From positions 416,001 to 480,000 of the forward strand of contig CAXXMV010000006.1 in the NCBI GenBank assembly GCA_963662285.2: 64,000 nt of DNA. Direction: 5' to 3'. The notes below the pieces were generated by a model that was not told where the DNA came from, did no database searches, and saw only the letters and a program-made list of their open reading frames with translations. This document shows positions 61,301 to 64,000 of this stretch, in pieces. How positions within the stretch are numbered: the first letter of the stretch is position 1; each line of letters begins with the position of its first letter. The DNA comes from a bacterium. GTDB taxonomy: Bacteria; Hinthialibacterota; Hinthialibacteria; Hinthialibacterales; Hinthialibacteraceae. The translations under genes and the position numbers were made by a program.

Positions 61301-62403
61301 GATTTGGATATTTCGAATTTTTCCAGTTCTGCGAAGACATAAACGCCTTGCCGTTGCCAGTCGTTACTGCTGGCGTATGTTGCCAACATGCGGGCAGTTC
61401 TCCGAACCGTGGGCAGGAAGGTTTACCTCTTGAAGAAATGCCCGACTATATTCAGGATGTCTTGGATCTGATCGAGTGGGCTAATGGTCCAGCGAACTCA
61501 AAGTGGGGTAAAGTGCGAACCGAGGCCGGATATCCCAAACCTTTTGGCTTGAAATACCTAGGAGTCGGTAACGAAGACGCCATCACACCGATCTTCAAGG
61601 AACGTTTCAAAATGATCTATGACGTGCTCAAGGAGAAGCATCCCGAAATCACAGTGATTGGAACAGTAGGCCCCTTCGCCAGTGGTGAAGATTTCGATAA
61701 CGGTTGGGATTTTGCGAATGAACTTAAACTCGAAATGGTGGATGAGCACTATTACGTTCCTCCACAGTGGTTCTGGGATAACCTGGATCGTTACGATTCC
61801 AATGACCGAAATGGTGCAAAAGTATACGTAGGCGAATACGCTGCTCATGATCGGGATCGCCGCCGGAACAGCCTTCGCTCTGCGATTGCCGAGGCCGCTG
61901 GACTAATCAGTTTTGAGCGCAACGGCGATGTCGTTCATTTCGCTTCTTACGCCCCATTGCTTGCGCGTCGAAACCACACTCAGTGGCATCCAGACATGAT
62001 CTATTTCAACGCGACGGAAGTTTTCGTTACGCCAAACTATTTTGTCCAACAACTCTTCGCTCAAAACAGCGGCGACGAGTATCTTCAGACGGTGATTCAC
62101 TCAAATTCCAAACAATCAAAACTAGCAGTTTCTACAGTCCGCGATTCGAAATCGGGTGATATTATTATAAAGATCGTCAACGGCGCAGATGAACCGACCG
62201 CATTGAAAGTAGAAATTAAAGGTTTGATGGATAGGGATTGGCGCGCGATCCAAACCGTCCTCACAGGTTCGTCAGCCGATCTTTTTAATGAGGATGGTCA
62301 ACCCCTCAAAGTAAAACCCGTCGCAAGTGATGTGACAATAAAGCCAACCTTTGATTACGAAGCGCCGACCAATTCACTCACTGTGTATCGAATTATGGAA
62401 TAA
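58363..62403 (+). CDS. Secreted GH43 + beta-trefoil-like linker + GH51 alpha-L-arabinofuranosidase fusion
   Basis: GH43: NP.F....DPDIIRVGEDYY, GIWAP, EGHH, HQGG. GH51: LFGIFFEDLNYAADGGIYAELIQNRSFE, RFPGGC, GVGNE, DEHYY, YVGEYA, RNGDVV..ASYAPL. Confidence 0.9.
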   Translation: MQRFHYVLGLATLFLLIAIEIPSCSVESTGTNSLVSKHWTADNGNGAYSNPLFYEEFEDPDIIRVGEDYYLVGTTMHMNPALQIMHSKDLVNWELVGYCMDRLDFGPAFRLEDGKNIYGQGIWAPCIRYHNGMFYIFANVNGAGLQVFRSKSIHGPWERNQLPGRHDLSVLFDDDGKVYIISGNRNPYPIEELTPDIKSIVPNSRRMMHAPGMGEGHHLYKINGKYYDISAIPGATTDQMVARADSINGPWTVELMVQGESLGVTTVALDYANADDRGLTLHQGGMCDTPSGEWWSVIMSDHGSIGRLVSLAPITWENGFPLIGLPGNLRKAPNTWIKPDTGCTQYPKPSFIHNDNFNSGKLNNEWQWNHAPDDSKWSLTEKSGVLRLHSLPAENFYSARNSICQRPPGPESIMTVELDTTGMLEGDTAGLALLSSPYAWIGVVKSTEGTTLQMFDSTGSGRGLSRDPSAPANPPTISADQSPANLWLRVACNFDNDKAIFSWSTDGETFTPVGNPFTMIFQLRTFQGVRPSLFHYNTSGKPGGYVDFDNFTVDEPRARGIEREIPIGKTIILTSGADGSILAADLATSTLINIPATDALPDNARFQVIDLGKGRMMLKAVNDKVVSVSDDNVIIKYLGDADPGNSETFQWVNLMNGDTMLMSLTNHRYLTTKPNSTGPVTVSAAGPNPARKGGACFKWKDASAQKTTIRIEASQSGKPISPDLFGIFFEDLNYAADGGIYAELIQNRSFEYSPTEQPDWHPLKFWDIEKRGEGDGSVTVAEMRPIHENNPHYALLTVLNPGEGVGISNSGFDSIPLKSGETYVASFWTYQAFMGQMWGRGDNSKPMTVTIRLETKNGEVLANASMQIKGREWRRVSARFTPTRTVKDARLVLLAHEKGCIALDMISLFPEKTFRNHPNGLRADLAQAIADLNPKFIRFPGGCLVHGGGIHRYYDWKESVGPVETRKARRNSWGYHQTRGFGYFEFFQFCEDINALPLPVVTAGVCCQHAGSSPNRGQEGLPLEEMPDYIQDVLDLIEWANGPANSKWGKVRTEAGYPKPFGLKYLGVGNEDAITPIFKERFKMIYDVLKEKHPEITVIGTVGPFASGEDFDNGWDFANELKLEMVDEHYYVPPQWFWDNLDRYDSNDRNGAKVYVGEYAAHDRDRRRNSLRSAIAEAAGLISFERNGDVVHFASYAPLLARRNHTQWHPDMIYFNATEVFVTPNYFVQQLFAQNSGDEYLQTVIHSNSKQSKLAVSTVRDSKSGDIIIKIVNGADEPTALKVEIKGLMDRDWRAIQTVLTGSSADLFNEDGQPLKVKPVASDVTIKPTFDYEAPTNSLTVYRIME

Positions 62404-62658
62404 CTAAAATGAGTCAATCCTAAGAAATAATTCAATTGAAGGAAAAGTACGCACACCTGACGAAAATCAGGTACGCGTGAATTCATAAACCATTATTTCA
62501 ATGACGCTTAAAGAAAACCTACAAACAAATCTAAAATTTTATAAACCTTTATTTTACAGAAGGTTATGAAATAAATTATACGAAATTGCACGATACAACA
62601 AAACCAATTCACTGCCCTCCTGTCTAGTATCGTAAAATAAAGTCATCTCAACACAGTA

Positions 62659-62874
62659 TTAAACCGCAATCGGGGTAAGCGTATACACTCGACTATGTTT
62701 TGATGCTGTTTTTATATCCCCGACTCGCAATGCATCTCTAACAATATCCAGTTTATAAGCGTCTTCCAAAGAAAGATATGGCGACCATTCATCATTTGTT
62801 TTTAGCAGTTCCACATCAATTTCTGCCACATACTTCCCTTCATGCACTAGTTTAGTTCTAAGTCGCTTTTTCAT
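62659..62874 (-). CDS. Small putative antitoxin partner of DUF4258
   Basis: KLVHEGKYVAE.DVEL......WSPYLS.EDA.KLD.VR.AL..GD; ATGA overlap with the upstream gene. Confidence 0.65.
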   Translation of the reverse strand: MKKRLRTKLVHEGKYVAEIDVELLKTNDEWSPYLSLEDAYKLDIVRDALRVGDIKTASKHSRVYTLTPIAV

Positions 62875-63194
62875 GACCGTCTCCTCAAAAATCCTTCTTC
62901 CCATAATTCCAGATCTGGCCGATAAGCTGTAACTAGAACCACTGGACTTGTATAGCCCTTCGGGATTCCCCCTACAACATGAATCGGCTTATTATCTCTA
63001 TCTTTTTCTAAGACCAAGATACACGGGCCTTTGTGGTAGTCTGGATAGTCTTCTACCTGGATAGCGTCTTTAAATCCTTCAATCACATCCCGCGCAAAGA
63101 TATCATCTGCCGACAACTCATCATAACCATGTTCAGATACACGAACCTGATCCTCCAGAATAAGCTGTCGAATTTGTTCAATTGTTGAGAGCAC
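62871..63194 (-). CDS. DUF4258 domain-containing protein (putative type II toxin)
   Basis: SEHG..E...D.I, EDYPD..KGPC.LVL, PIHVV and VTAYRPD...W motifs. Confidence 0.8.
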   Translation of the reverse strand: MLSTIEQIRQLILEDQVRVSEHGYDELSADDIFARDVIEGFKDAIQVEDYPDYHKGPCILVLEKDRDNKPIHVVGGIPKGYTSPVVLVTAYRPDLELWEEGFLRRRS

Positions 63195-63464
63195 ACGTTT
63201 TCCTTTATCATTTAATCACTTTTATTATTTTATACGAATCATCAAACAATTCAATTTCAGATAAGGAGTTGCAAATTCACTTTAGGCTTAAGTCTCATCA
63301 AATCAATAAGAACCGAATTTTGGGGAGGGATAGATTAACTATGGTCTCACTTTAGCTTAACAGCTACAGATTCATGCTTAACAAGCACAGATTGCTCTGA
63401 TTAAAGATTGCTTAATATAAGATGTTGCGTGAATTTCGTTCTTCACCCACTTTTTGCCGATTCT

Positions 63465-64000
63465 TCAATTACGTGTTTTTTCAAAGTAAACAGTGTCCAA
63501 TGTTTTATTTCTTTTAAGGGGTATATCATTATTTTGAGTTAAAGTTTCCATTGAGCCGATTAATAATTTTCCATCATTCTTCAGAATATCACTGATATTT
63601 TTAAGCACTCTGTGTTTAGCCCAATCGGCAAAATAAATGAGAACATTTCTAAGAAAAATCACATCAAACATCCCTAAAGATTCCAAAGAATCCATTAGGT
63701 TCCAATTTTTAAATTCTACCCGATTTAAAAATCCCTTTTTAAGTCTCCAATTGTGCTCTTCTTGATCGAAAAAATCATTGAGTATGTCGTTGGGCATGCC
63801 GCGTTCCATTTCGAATTTATTAAATTGTCCTATTTTGGCATTCGATAGAACATCCTGAGATATGTCAATAGCTAGTATCTCGAATAAATTTGACGATATA
63901 CCAGAGGATTGATTGCAAAACCGGTCAATCAGCATCATAAGAGAAAAGGCTTCCTGCCCTTTAGCTGAACCGGCGGATAAAATCCTAATATGTTTTCTTG
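63465..64000 (-). CDS. cheR: CheR-type protein-glutamate O-methyltransferase (5' end outside window)
   Basis: Reading in from the window end: IRILSAGSAKGQEAFSL, ILAIDIS, NL.....FDVIFLRNVLIYF, G.LLIGS.E. Confidence 0.8.
   Translation of the reverse strand, partial: RKHIRILSAGSAKGQEAFSLMMLIDRFCNQSSGISSNLFEILAIDISQDVLSNAKIGQFNKFEMERGMPNDILNDFFDQEEHNWRLKKGFLNRVEFKNWNLMDSLESLGMFDVIFLRNVLIYFADWAKHRVLKNISDILKNDGKLLIGSMETLTQNNDIPLKRNKTLDTVYFEKTRN

Overview
Bacterial chromosomal window with no rRNA, tRNA, CRISPR array or intact IS detected. It is dominated by secreted and carbohydrate-related proteins: beta-helix enzymes, GH16, a GH43-GH51 fusion, a tandem CE1 esterase, a sulfatase-like protein, two HzsA-related haem-c propeller proteins, a PQQ-like propeller protein, Gfo/Idh/MocA oxidoreductases, URO-D-like proteins and a propeller-sensor two-component system. 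The strongest unexplained signal is that six secreted, acidic proteins from several different families all end in the same 7-residue tail, V-x-[DNE]-W-x-[ILVT]-[YF]-stop, a candidate C-terminal sorting or anchoring signal. Three dispersed type IV pilin/pseudopilin paralogues share a 28-aa identical N-terminal helix but have variable loops; two lie directly downstream of tail-bearing genes. Also present: three REP-like palindrome families located at a duplication boundary, a gene truncation and both flanks of a pilin gene; a poly-G frameshift in an HzsA-like gene; a candidate structured leader RNA; and several gene remnants. The gene content resembles my recollection of OLB16/Hinthialibacterota-like genomes (inference, unverified). 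All family assignments come from motif recognition, not database searches.
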